Positions 14,090-29,000 of a stretch of 64,000 bases of DNA are shown one piece after another (position 1 is the first letter of the stretch; each line of letters opens with the position of its first letter). The notes under the pieces are model-generated. The model saw only the letters and a program-made list of their open reading frames with translations. It did no database searches and was not told the DNA's origin. Made by a program: the position numbers and the translations under genes. This DNA is from Yuukianura sp. NJ FZ-2021 (Eukaryota): assembly GCA_046563655.1 (NCBI GenBank), contig CM102285.1:2356001-2420000 (forward strand), given 5' to 3'.

Positions 14090-14542
14090 CCTTTGGCTGC
14101 GCTACCCAGCCATCTGAATTTCTGAAATCACATTCCACGCCTTATTTCAAACTGTTCCTAATCCAATATTCAACGAAAATTAAAGCCACGTCTACGCATT
14201 TTTGGATTCATTGTTTGTTCTATTTCAGTGCATAGAAACTTCACAAAAACGTCAGGTCAAAACTGCTAAAAGTTAAAACGTTAAACGTTTTGCAATTCTC
14301 AAATGGAACGAAAATAGGTACGCTATAAATTAAGTTTCAATTTTTTTAATTACAATTTTTCATTTTCGTCCTTAAAATCGTGGATGAAATCAAGCATTTC
14401 GGAGTTTAAAAAATTTTTGACTGGTGGTAAAGTTAAAATTAATCACAATGTGTTGCACCCTCTTAGGCTATCTTCCCAAGGTTATTAGTATTGCTTTGGC
14501 ACTGAATACTAGATTAAGTCAATTCCGCTGGTTAGCGGCAAG

Positions 14543-17500
14543 TTATGGTTGTGGAGGGACTTCATAGGAACAAATTACTGAAAATACTTCTCCACCCAGT
14601 CGCTCTGCCAACCATGCGTTCTTAATCACTGCCAATTTCAATACTTCTGTATTGAACACTGCATATAGATTAGTATGGACGACTCTGCCCATTCCTTCAA
14701 TGACAACTAAATCTGACTCCTCTTCTTTTACAGTCTTGACTAGATCCGATGAAATCCGAGACAAATCCAGGCACGGGGATTCCTGAAACGGCAACAAAAA
14801 TTATTAGAAACGTGTACTTGACGTTTACTTGATTACGATACCTACTTGGCCACTGGCTCGGAGAATTAAGCGTTTGGTATCAAGAGCAGCCTGAATCACA
14901 CTACACTTCATGGCGACTTGATCAACGAGAGGTACCATTTCCTGGTATGTCATATCGTTTAGGGCAGGTTCACTGTTTGCACATAAAATTACCTAAAAAT
15001 TCACAAAAAAGTATTCACAATTGTATGATGACAAAACTAAATCAACAGTTTCACTTTCACTCACTTTTGTTCCGCGTTGAAGTAGGTCCCTTACAAATGG
15101 CAGGATTCCAAGTACAAAGTCGAAACCTAAAGGAATACAAGTCATAAACTAAGTGTTTAAAATTATATGCTTAAAATTCAGAAATACCAGAATTATCAAT
15201 AAAAATGGTGGCACATCGATGCGGTTTCTCCTTCATCCGTTGCACCCAGTCGTCCAGCCCATCAACAAGCCAAGGACGCTGCTGAAGGGACAACTGGGCG
15301 TCGTCAAATCCAAACATCTTCGGACCTTCCAAGAGCAGTGCAACCGCTTCTGCTCCCCAGTCGAATACGTTTCCGGCAAGAACGCCCCATACGAGCTCAG
15401 ATACCCGAATTTCAGTTGGCATCTGATCCAATTTGTCTATCCGCTCATCCCAGCAATCTAGAGCTATAGCATTCTCAGTCTGTTTTTGTCTCAAATACGG
15501 ATCGGGAAACTCAAACTGAAATCAAGAAACGACATTGAAACAAAATTACAACTGTGTTTGCTTCTGAACTTCTTTGTTTTGATACAATAGTTGTAGAGGT
15601 TCATTCCCGCCATTTTTACCTCTCTTAGGCAGTGTTCCATGGTGTCTAACAAACTGCGGACTGTAAGAGTTCCAAAGGCACAAGGGTCGGAAGATAGGCG
15701 TCGGAAGCGATCGATGATTTTCTTTTTACATAGGAGGGCGCGATTTATGCTTCCGTTCGATCCACTCTGACTTTCCATTGCGCGTTCGGTGACACGGTCG
15801 ACGGATCCTAGTAAACAACAAATAGTAGCAAATAAAACAGGATGACCTTAACTGGCACAATGTAAGAATTGTACGAGGGTTCAATGAACTCGATGAGTTG
15901 ATGAAGAGGATAAAAAATACATAAAATCGTTACTCACGTTGAAGGCAATTGATCCAATAGATCCTGGCTTCGGCATCGTTTGAAAGATTCACCGTATCAG
16001 GGGTATAAGCATGTGCTGACGAAAGTAGAGGGAAGAAAGCAACTGGCTCAGATGCTTTGTCCATCTCCAGGATTCCCACTGACCCACGGGCGTTCTCATG
16101 TCTGAATCCGCTAGATCCCGCAAAATTTTCCGTCCATGAGGCTGTACCATCTTGAGATCCTTTGAGAAATGCTCCAATAGCTCCCAAGTACCCCTCATGA
16201 CGGAGGAAGAGTGGCTCTACAGTGTTTTTACTCCAATACCGAATGGCATACGAAACTAACAAAAACATGCAAAGCATTACCACTTCAAGCTGAAACATCA
16301 TCGTGATGACACTATTAGTAGTTAGTGAATATGAATGGAACATACTTGCATACATGGTGAGAGGATGATTTCTGAGAAAAAATCCGCCAAAGTATACGCG
16401 TGTTAACCCTTCTTGAAGAGCGTAAAGGCATGCAATTTGGCCAATATCGTTCGCAATCGTGAAGAGGAGACTACGTGCGACATCGGCTGGTGACACTTGT
16501 GTCGGAGATAGGTGAGGCGCCTTCCCAAAAGATGAAGCAATGAGGTCTTTCGGTAAGTTCAACTTGACACAGTCTCCCGAGTAAATGTCACCGACGAGCA
16601 TGTCAACGTTTCTATGATCTCCTTTCTCGGCCAGGCTAAGTAACTCATCGAACCCCTTGGCACCTAAAACGACAATTTCAAGGTACAGCAAGCCAAAGCT
16701 TTGTTCTGTATTAATGTAACCATCTTTTACAAACGTTGTCATACCGGTAAGGAGGCATCCCAAACCCCAAAATGTTCCACCGCCAGTGGCAGTTCTAAAA
16801 AAATATGCTGTTAAACGCAATACTTTTGGCCTTTGGCGTAATTGCGATCTGAGATTTGTATGTTACCCTCCAACTCTTGTATAAGTGTCTTCTGAGTCGA
16901 CTTTAAGAATCGAGACTCCAGAGCCAATATTAACAAGCAAATACGGAAACAGGACCGGCCCGGCCGGCTGAAAGTGATACTGTGGTACACGCCGACGATC
17001 AAACGTGAACGCCTCTTCGCTCACATTCTTCAGCAAGAAATTAGCACCTGAAAGTAATAAATTCTAATCCAAAGTCACGAGAGAAAAGATACAAGTTAAA
17101 ATATAGTATGAACTTTACCCTTAATAAGACAATCCACTTCATCTTCCTTCTCAGGCGTCAAGCCTAGCTTTTGCTCGATTAAACTTGCGTATTTGTATGC
17201 TCCACCTCCTTTCACGTGGCAAAGAGAAGCATTTTCATCTTAAATAGCATCCCATCCCAAGTACAAGCTGGATTCAAAACTGTTGAAGGTCTTACCAGTT
17301 GCTTTTATGTTGTGTCGAAGGACTCCGTTCTGAAGTAAATGCTTTTGAATAAAATCAAGCGCCTGGTGGATAAGATTGGTTTCAAATTTAATAAAATGAA
17401 GCCTCGGAGTCTCCTGAGTGTTGAAGGTCAAATCCCCCGTTGCATACTGAACTTTCTGATGTGGCACCGTTGAAACATAAGCAATTTTGACTAAAGATCC

Positions 17501-17629
17501 CCCGATGTCAATTGCAAATCTCTTAACATTCTCCATATTCCGGAAACATTCTTCAACTTCCTTCGGTAGACTTATGGATTGGGTACTTGTCCTATTAGCC
17601 GACGCGACACTACCCTCCGACCTTTCCAT
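14543..17629 (-). CDS. PANK4: Pantothenate kinase 4 (type II PanK domain plus C-terminal DUF89 phosphatase), multi-exon
   Basis: [46 protein letters not shown], then [31 protein letters not shown]. Confidence 0.93.
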
Positions 17630-18207
17630 TGTCCTCTTGTTTCTGAAACCAAAGAGAATCACTTACTTTAAAAAACTACTTTTACTTTACTTTAAAAATA
17701 ACCATCTGCGTCTACCAATTCCTTTAAACATTGTTTTGCATACCTTTTTAAACAAATGAATTCACTGCTACATAGTGTGCCGAACCTTAGCTTTAATGCC
17801 TACGTAGAACGTGCCTGTAATAACTGTTCATCCTATGAAAATTATAAATTTTCATCGACAAACACAAATTACCGGAAATTTTTAATTAGAAATACGACGA
17901 TGACAGCTGATGATCTGATTATTGCAATTCCTTTCAGATTCAAATCGCGATTTTCACATGGGTGTCACTTTTCCACCGAATCGTCGGAACGAGCTGAAAC
18001 ATACGCGACTCGCTTAGCTTCATGGCTGGCGTAAGGACTAATTCGTGTATTGTAACCACGCATTTTATACAATATATTATTATATGATATATAAATAATA
18101 TTGGTATTAATATTTATATTAATATGCAGGGGAAATGGTTCAGGTGCAGTTTTATTTAAGCTTATCTAACAATTTTTTTTGAATAAGCAGAGGTTAACTG
18201 AAATCAG

Positions 18208-20153
18208 TTAAAATAACAAAAATTTGAATCGTTGTCTCTTTTCATCTTCTTCTGGTAATGTCGATAGCCATTTCCTAACCCCAATTACGGTTATGCATGT
18301 CACCACAGCCACGCCACCAACAACACTAATTAAATACAAATGTATTAAATGCAAATACTATAGCCATTACAAAGTAATTAATTACACTATAAAATTATAA
18401 ATTATAATAGATGAAGACACTATAGTTCATAGGTTGGAAATATATTTCTCACCTTAGTGAATCAGGAATAACTCCAAGAAAAATAAATTGCAATAAAAAT
18501 CCTAAAAGCACCACGTTTGTTAAAATTGGCGCTAAAATTATTAGATGAATTCGTTACTAAAAATAAGAGTTACCGAATATTACGTCGCAGGATCGGATCA
18601 AGGAAACCGGGCCAGCCTAAAAATTCAAATTCAAAATCAGGTTTGTGGACATTTTTTAAATATTTATACTAATTTAATCTAAGAGCAGAAAAATTGTTTG
18701 ACTTGCTTGTTCAAAAGTTAGCGCCAAAATGATGCACATCTGACCAACGAATGAGAGGCACATCAGTGCAACAATGAAGAGTATTTCATTTAGTTGAGTA
18801 GGAAATCGGAAGACATGAAAAATTTGTGTTAGAATTAGCGCTTGCAGGACACCAATGAATCCAAACACCAGCGTCATAACCGAGAAATGCACTTTTCGAA
18901 TTTTCCGCGTAATAATAACAATTAAAGAGCCGCAAAACAGGGATCCCAACGCCAAGCCTATACCAATCTGGAAATAAATAATTAACAGACATAAGATTAG
19001 TTTGCACAAAAAGTTCATAAGGTATCTAAATAAACCCCAAAAAAGGCGCCAGACGTAATCGGTTCAAAGCCATTGGTTCAACTGAATAGGTTCAAAACAA
19101 AATGGTTCAAAAAATTAGTCCAAAAACCTAAAATAAATACAAAATACACATTGAACCCAATGTTATATTGAACCATTTTTGCTCCTGAACCAATTTGATT
19201 TTTAACTATAATGACGAAGTTCCGACATGTTTGGCGCCAAAATCAAATTATAAAAATGAAATTTGAATAAAGCATTACCAAGTTGTTAGTATCATAAGTT
19301 TCTTGCCCGGTTAAAAATGGCGGGCGTGTTATGACCATGACTCCACAGAACGTCACAACTGCTGCAACTACTGGCACGACCCCCATCTTTTCACCCAAAC
19401 AGAAGTGGGCCATAATAGTGACGAGGACGGGCGTGGCGTACGTGATGACAGACGTATCACCAATGCTGAGGTATTCCAGAGAAAAATACCGTAAAATCAC
19501 TGATGAAGCCCCAACAAATCCACGAAGCTGTGACAAAAAAATGATCAAATAAAGATCCCCATGTACAAAATGTTGGCGAGCGTTTACGCATGAGCACTTG
19601 CCATAAGTCCTAGAATTGTAAGCCACTTGTCTAAATCTGCTTTGGATCCGCATAGTGGCCAAACTGTGGAAAAAACTGATTCCTTCTTATCCCGGATGTG
19701 ACTGTATTCAGTGAACAAAACAAGCGGAATTGCCGGTACGGTGACTCCAACATAGCGCCAAAACGATGAGGCGTAAGAGTGATATCCATATTCTGGATTG
19801 TTCAAAATTTTGACAATGAGAACCTGGAACCATAAAGTCAAATTGAAAAAAAAAGGTGAAATTTCTGTTTGAATTTGAAGTAATTTAAAATTTCAGGGAA
19901 TTTAAAAATACTGTCGTACACAAATAGAGAACAGGATACTAGCCAAAAATGTGAAGACCATTCCAGCGTATCTTTGAATTGGGCGTGGCATGCAGAGGAG
20001 AGCACGACTTTGTGCATGATGTTGATGTTCTTCAATTTTTGGTTTCTGCGCCTGCGCCTCAAAGTCCTTCGGGTTGAGTTCCAATTCCGGAATTTTGTAA
20101 GATGGCGGTTGAATTTGAATTTTTTCGAACTTTTCATTCTTTTCTGACTTCAT
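18208..20153 (-). CDS. EamA/DMT-family transporter, SLC35G1-like, multi-exon
   Basis: LRGFVGASSVILRYFSLEYLSIGDTSVITYATPVLVTIMAHFCLGEK; second repeat FVGQMCIILALTFEQA-GPVSLIRSCDVIF; ends ...KRQRFKFLLF* at 18208. Confidence 0.85.
19045..19238. mobile_element. Small MITE-like insertion in an intron of the EamA transporter
   Basis: Imperfect inverted termini GGCGCCAGACGT / ATGTTTGGCGCC, internal GGTTCAA / TTGAACC inverted repeats, A-runs on both flanks. Confidence 0.5.
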
Positions 20154-22858
20154 TATTGAGTTCTTAATTTTTTTTTACTTTTGTGGACAAATTTTTCAAA
20201 AGTATCCGCTCGTTCTTATAAACGGCACGAAACCAATTCAACCAAATCTCACCAAAGATTCTTGGAACCTTGAAAAACTTATCTTTGTTTTGGAAGAAAT
20301 GAAACAAAATGGACTTGCTTGGAATTTAAATTGATCTGACAGCTCAAGTTTTGAATTGTGAATGAACCACTTCGATAAAAATGTTACCAGAAACTGAAAA
20401 ATAATCTCAAAATTTAAAATTGTCACACACGCGATGTTACTCTCATCTCAATCTGTCGTATGAAAGTAATTTGGTCCAACCGCAATTAATGGTTTATATA
20501 ACCTACCCTGCTTAACAAAAAATTGCCAACACGCATCTATGTCCTGTCAATTCTCTTCACTAAAAACGTCATGTTCATCTGTCACTAACTCACAATAACA
20601 CTTTCTGTAACATAAACAATTTGAAATAAAAATAATACAAAAGGAAAAACCGCGGAATTGACGTTTCTCAATGAAACAGGCGGTACGCTGGGAAAAATTG
20701 GCAATTTCAGAGCTAGCGTCATCCGTGTAATTGAAAATCCAACAAAATGTGGAGTAGAAAACAAAACAATTGTGGGTGCTCAAGGAGTGAATGCAAATTT
20801 CTGGAGAGTGTTTACTGCATGATTGGTTTGTTGGGCAATACATTTTAAATTAATTTAAGTTATTCAACCTCACAAAGGTAACATAAGTCGATCACGACGA
20901 ACCGAATGTTGCAGTAGAAGATCTAGTATGAAATCTACGTATTGACGACACCGCTTGTAAAATCCGGGTTTGAAGATTGACACTACACAACATGTTTTAC
21001 ATAGTGAAGTGAATAATTCATTAAAAATGTTTTCACTGTAGTAGCTTCCACTACATAAATAAACGTAAACTTTAAAATTATAATAATAATGGAAATTGAA
21101 ATTCACTGAAATCGTCCATCAGATTATCCCGTGCTCGAATATGGGGAAAAGTGAAGGCAAAACGGCACTGTGTTTAACGTCATCAGCAAATTATGCAAGT
21201 CAGTTTCTACACCGATCTCCACATTTTTGCAATTTTTTTTTTTTTTGTAAAAATGCAACATACAGATCGACAAGTAAGCAAAGTAATATCAATTGCATTC
21301 TATAACATGTATGAGTCGTGAGAAGACTAAAATTGCCTAATTGCAAAAAAAACTTGACTTTCTGACTGTTGTTTTGTGTTTTTTTTTTTTTTTTTTGCAT
21401 GTGCATATTCTCCTGGATTAAAAGAGGTGCAGCACAGCAGCGTTAAACGCTGAAACAAAAAAAATTAAGAAAGAGTATGGCATCCCTGAGAAGCATTGAA
21501 TTATGTTAATAAATTTTTGTATTTCTTGTCGAAAATTGGGAAGGGAAAAATCAATCCACTCAAAAATGCCACCAATCTTTAAAGGTTTTTTGGTTCTCCT
21601 TGAAAAAATTTTTGAGTAGCGCATGCCACAAATAAAAATTGACGGTTTTCAATTAAGGAAAGCAATTGAAATTCTAAAACTGTCTTCTTTAAGGAATACA
21701 AGCGTCGACAGACGGACTTTAAAGATACAAAAAAAACTTGTTGCGGATAATTTCAGTTTTTATGTTTCAATTAAAATAAACAAATAAAAAAAATTATAAC
21801 ACAAAAATACTACTTCCTAGTTTTTCTTTGGGAAACTTCGTGTCTGTTTTCGCGTGTGTTAAATTTTTCTTTCCAGAGTGGCGAATTCGAAAATATTGTG
21901 GAGTTCTTTTACTTTAGACGAAATGCATAACAAAATTTAAAAAAAATCAGGAAAATTTACGTTGACGAAAAGTTTTGGAATTTACAGACAAATTTGTTAC
22001 GTTAAAAACTCCAAAGACTGTTTTATATCGATGTCCATTGTTATATTCGATGAGTGTTTTTTTAAAGTTTGACGTAGGGCAAACTTGCCATAAAATTTTG
22101 AGTTCTTCTTTGTTTCAATTACGTAATATGTTAGAACTTGACTGGCTCAAGTTTGTCAGTTTCTAGCAACCATAATTTGAGGGTCATTTCTTTTGAACTT
22201 TCATCGCTTGAGACTTAAACTTTTAGTTAAGTTGACGCACGTCTCCGCCCTCTTCTGCTTTTCATCATCATATGCTTTTCTTCCTCAGCACCACTTGAAA
22301 CGGAACATTTACTCACGGATTAATTAACAGATCATGATAATTTTTTAGCTGAGTCGGTGGAATTGCACAACAAAGATCATTAAACATTGTAATGGAATGG
22401 ACATGATACAGACAGGGCCATCTTTTGTCGATTTGTTCTCATTCTATTTGCCAATAATTACCAAATTTCCATGTTTTTCCAAAATATCAAAATTTTCTGA
22501 AATAAAAGGGATATGAAGCGGAAATTACATTTTGATAAGCCATTATTTCCATTTTAGTTTTAATTATGAATTTTATGGCCATTATGCGCAAAATAAATTT
22601 TACTAGAAAAAGGCAGAAAACTGGGCAGTTTCTGATAATTTATTACATAATTGAAAGAGGGCTGAATTCAGTTTTTCCTGTCATTACCATTTCTGGCAAA
22701 CTATCTCGATAAGGGTGCAACTTAACATACAACTGGGTGCTAAAATAGACTTTCAGCCTTAACTTCATCCAGGACTCAGTTCGCACAAAGATTTCGAAAA
22801 CAAAAGTTGGAACTAAGATCGTGTTCATAAAAAGTAGAATTTACACAGCAATTGTGCT

Positions 22859-24195
22859 ATGCCTCGAATGGAAATGAGCAGGAATAGTGAAACCATTGAC
22901 TTCATTTTAAGATGCGTCAAAAACGCACATGACACATACCAAAGTCCACTCCTTTGGAATCCGGCCAAAAACATTTTCGTCCTGGATAAGACCAACAAAT
23001 ATAAACAAAGGGCGCAACTCGTATTGTTTAATGATTGTTGTTGTGTATTTTTGTATGCTGGACTTGCCTATATAAATTTGGGCGTAAATATCAATCCAAT
23101 TCTTACAACAGTGTTCATTGCAGCTATTTTACTTTCCATCTTCAATTTGAGTCTTGATCTAAGCGTGATCTGCAACCAAAAGGCGTGGCAGCAGCAAATG
23201 AACATACTTATCTTTGAATTGATACGACAAAAAGGTACGGGCACAGTGTGAATTCATCTATTTAAAACTTGACCAAAATAAGTTTTCAAATTTCAAAATT
23301 TCAAATTCACCAAATACAATTTTTCTGTCACAAGTGTCATTCAATTTTGATGAATCAAAAACCATTTAATTTAATTCCAGGTAGCTTTTACGACATTTCA
23401 CTAGAACAATTTCATGTAAAATTTGTCGCAAATTTCATCGCTGTCGCAAAAATCCTCATCGCTGGTCTTGTAATTACCGAACCAATTGTTTTGGGTGCAG
23501 ATATTGTGAAACTGCTCAAGTACATAATACTGCTTCAAATTTATGAAAAGGACAGTCATTCTGTAATCATTGACTACATTGACTATATTGTACTATCGTG
23601 TACTGGACTACTGTTCATTTGGGTTTGGATTTATGCTTACCTAATATTTCATAAGTATGTTCAGGCTTTCATGGTAGTCGTCATCAGCGTACAAGCTTTA
23701 CTCATTTGGTTACGTAAACTCGCAGGGTCAAATTCAATGCACAAACAAAATTTACCGTTACACGAAACACTTATTTACAAAACTATTTATATTAAATCCT
23801 TAGTATTTAGTGATGTAGTGGCCTTTCCGTTTGCAACTTTTGTAGCAATGTATAGCCTGTTTACTGTTGTCTGCTATGCCGGATTCTTTGGTTTACGTTT
23901 TAGTATTATATTTCTTATTCTGTTTGCTATAGCAACAGTACTTCTAGTTTTCTTAAATTTCTTTGTAACGTCGGGAGGTTGGATTTATAGCAGATCATGC
24001 CTATATATTTCACAACGTCAAAGGCAACTTGTACGGAACAAAGACAGCAATACTTTATTTAGGGCATTAAAACCATGCTGTATTCGATGTGGTCCTTTAA
24101 ATTATGTTGATAAAGAGATGGTAGTTACCATAAATCACAGTATCATCGACTACACCATTTCATTAATGCTCACGTTCAATGAACTTTCACACTAG
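22859..24195 (+). CDS. Divergent 7TM chemoreceptor-like protein, 2 exons (22859-23234, 23381-24195)
   Basis: Phase-1 GT-AG intron joins two hydrophobic ORFs; C-terminus FRALKPCCIRCGPLNYVDKEMVVTINHSIIDYTISLML has the same layout as family A. Confidence 0.65.
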
Positions 24196-25265
24196 CGAAT
24201 CATCCTGAGGACTGGCTTATCCTAAAACACAACTTGCAAAAAAAAAATCAAAAAAAAAATTTCATTTTCATATTCTTAATGTTATGCTTTATGCTAAGGG
24301 AAACTATTCAATGTTAGCTACGGCATATGAACTAAACAACTGCTACCACTATTACTAACTGTACAAATTGTTGTTCCTGCGCTTTACATTTAGCTTTTGA
24401 CCTATTTCACAAAATTTTGTCAAACATTAACAATTAAATGTCGTTGATCTACTAGCAGGCTTTTTCTTTTTCTTAAACCTTGTTTGGAGAAAAAGCACAG
24501 TATTGTAAATAAAAAATCCAAAAAAAAAAATAAAAAAAATTCAAGGGTCAGAGGAAGGAAGTTAATTGTTCTCTAAAGTCCTTATCACTTTTTAAGGAAG
24601 CTTTTAATTTTTACATAATAGTATCTTTTTCCGAAATTGCCCTTTTTGTGTTCAAATTGAAAACCCATTATTTGAATTTTCGCTTAAATTTTGCAAATAT
24701 GATTTCCGGAAGAAAAAAGTGGGTTGAACACGTGTATTTTTTTTAAAGTATGGTTTTGAAAAGAATCTCTTATTAAAATCTAACTTAGGAAATTTGACTT
24801 CTGGCATTACAAAACAGGTATTTTACGATTTTATAAATTCACATTCAGCTGCATCGATTGAGCTCTGCAGCATTGAAATTATACTTGAAGCATTGCCTCT
24901 TGCTGAAGTACCGGGCGACGAAACAATGATAAAAAACTTGTAATACCCTACCTATAACTAGGAAAAATCACTTCAATGTTCAAAACGTTTAAATTCAAAA
25001 ATAAAAAAAAATTTCTTCTACTTTGTAATGAGAGAATTGTCTACCTGTTTTAAAATTTAATCTGACAATAAACAGACAAAAAGGCATGTATATTGATGCT
25101 TCATACTATTATTAAAAATTTTTATTGCGTCAATTTTTTAAATTCTGGTAAAAGCTCAAGCTTTCATGGATTACTCTAACACTATTACTCATTGGAAATT
25201 GTAACAACTTCTTTTTTCGCAGGAACTCAGTTTTCCGAGTTCACCCAATTGAAAAATTTCACACA

Positions 25266-26679
25266 CTACTTTGTGATGGACTGCAGTTGTACCAGGACAA
25301 CGTTGTATGAAATGACGGTAGCGATCACCTAAGATTATAGATTAATGATGTGGCTAACATTTTTTGTATTGTTTTTAATGTTTTTGTGGTAAAGGAATTT
25401 ACCGATGTAAAAAGAGCTCTGTTCACTTTAAAGTAGCCAATTGCATCAAGTTCAAAATTCAGTGTTGTTGCCAAGTGCTTTAATGCTTTTAAGCGATTTA
25501 CGTCTGTGGTCCAGTATGGTTCAATTCGGAGTATTACCGCCGACAGCGACTCGCCCTACAAACAAATTCTTCAAAAACTACAATTTTTCTATTTTCAAGT
25601 AACTTTTAAAATCAAACACCAGAAAATATATTTTGAACATTGTAAACCTGAATTTTTAGTTGTTCTCCACACTCCACAACCCAAAGGAATTCAACCAGTA
25701 CTACTGCAATGTAGAACGCAATGAAGAGATTTAATCCTGGATTGTTAATGATGGGCTTAGCATAGTAATTGTACGCAAGAAATGTGAATATAGTGAGGAT
25801 TACAGTACTGCAGCTCACAGAAAACAGAACAATGTACTTGACGCTGTCTTTGAACTGTTCAAAAATTGAAGTCAGTTCAAGTAATTTCACAGATTGTCGT
25901 TTGAGGTCAATGTATTTAAAGTATGGACCGTAAGTCCTTCGCTCGAAGGCTACCCGTTGCAAGTTTGTGATGCTCGGAATACTCCTTGGTGCTAAAAACT
26001 TTTCAATTTGTTCTAACCGGTAAACTATCATATCCGTGAATACCCGAATCAATGCAAGTGACAATATTACAGCAAAGCGGGTTAGGAAAACGTTAAACGG
26101 AAGTAACCAAGGTAGCAACCGGCGGACAATTTGAAATCCGCTCCAGTACGCATCCAATTCTGTCCAGGCATTCATTGTGTCCAAGTTATGTATACGACGG
26201 CGTACCATTAACGTTTCTATCACTGATCCTACAAACTGTAGAAAGAAAACGAAGCAAAAAGCGGCAAATCGAGTTTTACTGTAAACAAAACTGAGGCCAT
26301 GGTGTGCGTGAGAGTAGTTGCAAATTTTGTTGAAAATCGTCAGGAGCTGTGGTGTAATGGATTTAAATGATATGTAGGTTGTTGTAAAGTATATTGCACC
26401 AGTGCAGTGCAGCACATTAAAAGTTTGGAATTCAAATTTAGATGGCTTCAAACTGTCATCTAGCAATTCCCAATGTAGGTCTCTCGAGTAGGTGAAGTAT
26501 GGAGTCAGAAGGATAGAGGTCAAACATACGCACAGATTGCAGATGATGGACCACACTTTTACTGAAATGCGCTGATTATAAGTATAGTTGTTTTTGGTTT
26601 TTGAAAATTTAAATGGAAATAAACCGATACTGTTGCCAAGGAGCCCTAAAAGACAAAAAAACTGCAAATCTTGCACCAT
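25266..26679 (-). CDS. Gustatory receptor (7tm_7-like), 3 exons (26679-25648, 25555-25403, 25328-25266)
   Basis: N-terminal IGLFPF motif; C-terminal FELDAIGYFKVNRALFTS|VIATVISYNVVLVQL matches the GR TM7 signature; phase-0 C-terminal introns typical of GRs. Confidence 0.85.
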
Positions 26680-27292
26680 GTTTGATTTTTCTGGAATGTC
26701 AGCAAGTACTGAAAGAATTTTTTCAATTCAAGAAAAGTCACTTTGTATGCTAGTATTTTATACACCGTTTTGCAACTTCAAACATGTGTGAAATTACTAC
26801 TCAAAGGTCATACTACTACTGCGGAGATAAGTGTGTAGTTGTATAAAAAGATCAGAACAATTTTCAAAAATTGTTAAAAAATTTCAAATTTGTTTGCTGA
26901 ATACCTTACGGTTAAATTGAGTTTAATTTGCTTCCACTTTTGACACAAAAGCCAAAGGCAATGGAAAAGTGACAATTTATTTTTCTCATAGTCATAATAA
27001 TCTGGAAAATTATTTCACGATTACCTTGTAGTAATTTACATAAATTTGGTGAACATGTATTTATTCAAGGTCGCTCAAAATTTTGACAAATTTCTGTATT
27101 TACTCTAAAGCATAATAGTTAAAAACATTTTTAAAGAATTTTTAAATTCATATTTATTTAAGTTCACATAGTAAAACAAAAGGGAATTAATACATAATAA
27201 CATAATTCAAACTGCATTTTGTATATATTGTCTGTTTAGTACGTACAGTCGGGAATAAAATGTAAGGTTGATATTTGGTTTAATTGTAACTA

Positions 27293-29000
27293 TTACATTT
27301 GTGTTGCTGAGTTGTCATGTTGAAGCTGTATAAGGACTACGTTGTACGTGATGACCACACCTCCGATCTGCTCTCAAAGAAATACAGTGTTTTAATTAGT
27401 TTCCTTCAAGCTAATTAAAAAGTTTTTAGGTAAGTAGTTTTCAGCTACACTTACAGATGTAAGCAATGCTCGATTCAACTTGAAGTAACCAAGGCCTGTC
27501 AGTTCAAATTTAATTGTAGTCGCCAAATGTTTCATGTATGATAGTGTCCTTTCATCCGTCCCCCAACACTCCTCCAGTCTACGCATCTCTTTTGAAAGTA
27601 AGTCACCCTAAATATTTATCAACCTTTTCACTACTTTTACAAAACTGACGATGCCAAGGTTTGTTGACTTGTGATTTTCTTTAACAGGTTAGATTAGACT
27701 ACCTCATGTTTTTTTTGATTTTGCAAGGAAAAATATTTTTCTCATGTTGGTACATCGTAGTCTTAACAATACAGCCATTTTTTTTTTAATTTTGCATACG
27801 AATTGGTAACAAATTATCGGATTAATGCTAAATTGGTTCTGATTTTCTTTGGTTCTTTGTCAACAAGCGAGTTACTACCCAACCTGTTAAAAAAATTAAC
27901 TTTTTGTTGTCAAGCAACCTTGGACAATGCCGAGAAGAACAAAAAAGTACGGTAATTTACTTTTGAAAAACATTTGGACAAACCTGACGTTTTACGCGTT
28001 CTCCGGAATCCGCGAACCAAATGAATTTAAGTACAATTTTTGCAACGTTAAATAACGTTAAAGAGTTGACCATAATATCATTGTGTGTCCATGAGTAGGA
28101 GTTATGTGCATGGAAAACGTAAACTGCAAGTGCCAGTGTTCCTGTACTCACAAAAATCAGAATTATATAGTTGACAATTCCTTTCAAACTCTCAAAAATG
28201 GAAATTAGGTCCAGAATTTGCGTGGCAAAGAGTCTGAGGTTGTCGTTTGGAAAATTCATTCCAGCGTAACTGGTTGTATTTTTAGTTTCAACGCCTTCTA
28301 ATACTAATGAAAACGACGGCTTTTGTGTATTTCGAACAAGCCGCATTTGAATTTCGGATATCCGATGTACGATCATGTCAATAAAAATGCAAATGACTGC
28401 TAGTGTAAATGCAACTGAACAGTACAGCAGCATAGAATAAAGTGCATTCCACCATTCGAAAACTACTGCCCAGGACTCATATCCATTCCAGGCAGAATCT
28501 GCGCTAGACTGATCCATTACCTGCGTACTGCTTACACTAAAGCAAATTTGCATTAGCCCTTCAACAATTTGCAGTAACAGAATGGAAATGAAAACTCCGA
28601 TTCTTTTGGCTGAGTAGATGAAGATGGTATTTGTTCCGTATTCCCGAGTATAGTCGTACATCATGTTGAAAAGATGCAAAAATCTGGATGCAGAGAGTGT
28701 GAATGCTACGTAGTTTGCAACATAGTAAAATCTGCTGCAGTAGAGCAGAAGGCGAGAAACGTCCAAATCCAATGGAGAAAGTTTCATTTTGTCCCAGTTT
28801 CTGTTAATTACGTAAATGTTGTGTGGTGTTAAGGCAATGGTGCTCAAAGCAACAAAAACGGTGCACACAATGAACCAAATTCCAGTTGGACTGCGGTAAC
28901 TACAAACGTAATAGTCATTGTTTCCCACAAATTTAGCAGGAAGAAATCCTATGATAATTCCGGTTTTAACCAAAGCCCGAAAAAATTTCAAATCTTCCAT
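27293..29000 (-). CDS. Gustatory receptor, tandem paralog, 3 exons (29000-27984, 27607-27455, 27367-27293)
   Basis: IGFLPAKF near the N-terminus; FELTGLGYFKLNRALLTS|IGGVVITYNVVLIQL C-terminus; same intron positions as the neighbour. Confidence 0.85.
27655..27922. mobile_element. P-element-like MITE (CAAGG...CCTTG) in GR intron 1
   Basis: 8-bp TSD GACGATGC / GACAATGC (1 mismatch); same family as 4229-4704. Confidence 0.7.

Noticed and set aside
20200-22800. Several 60-100 aa ORFs
   Set aside because: AT-rich intergenic or UTR sequence with homopolymer-driven F/K/L bias; no motifs or splice-consistent model.
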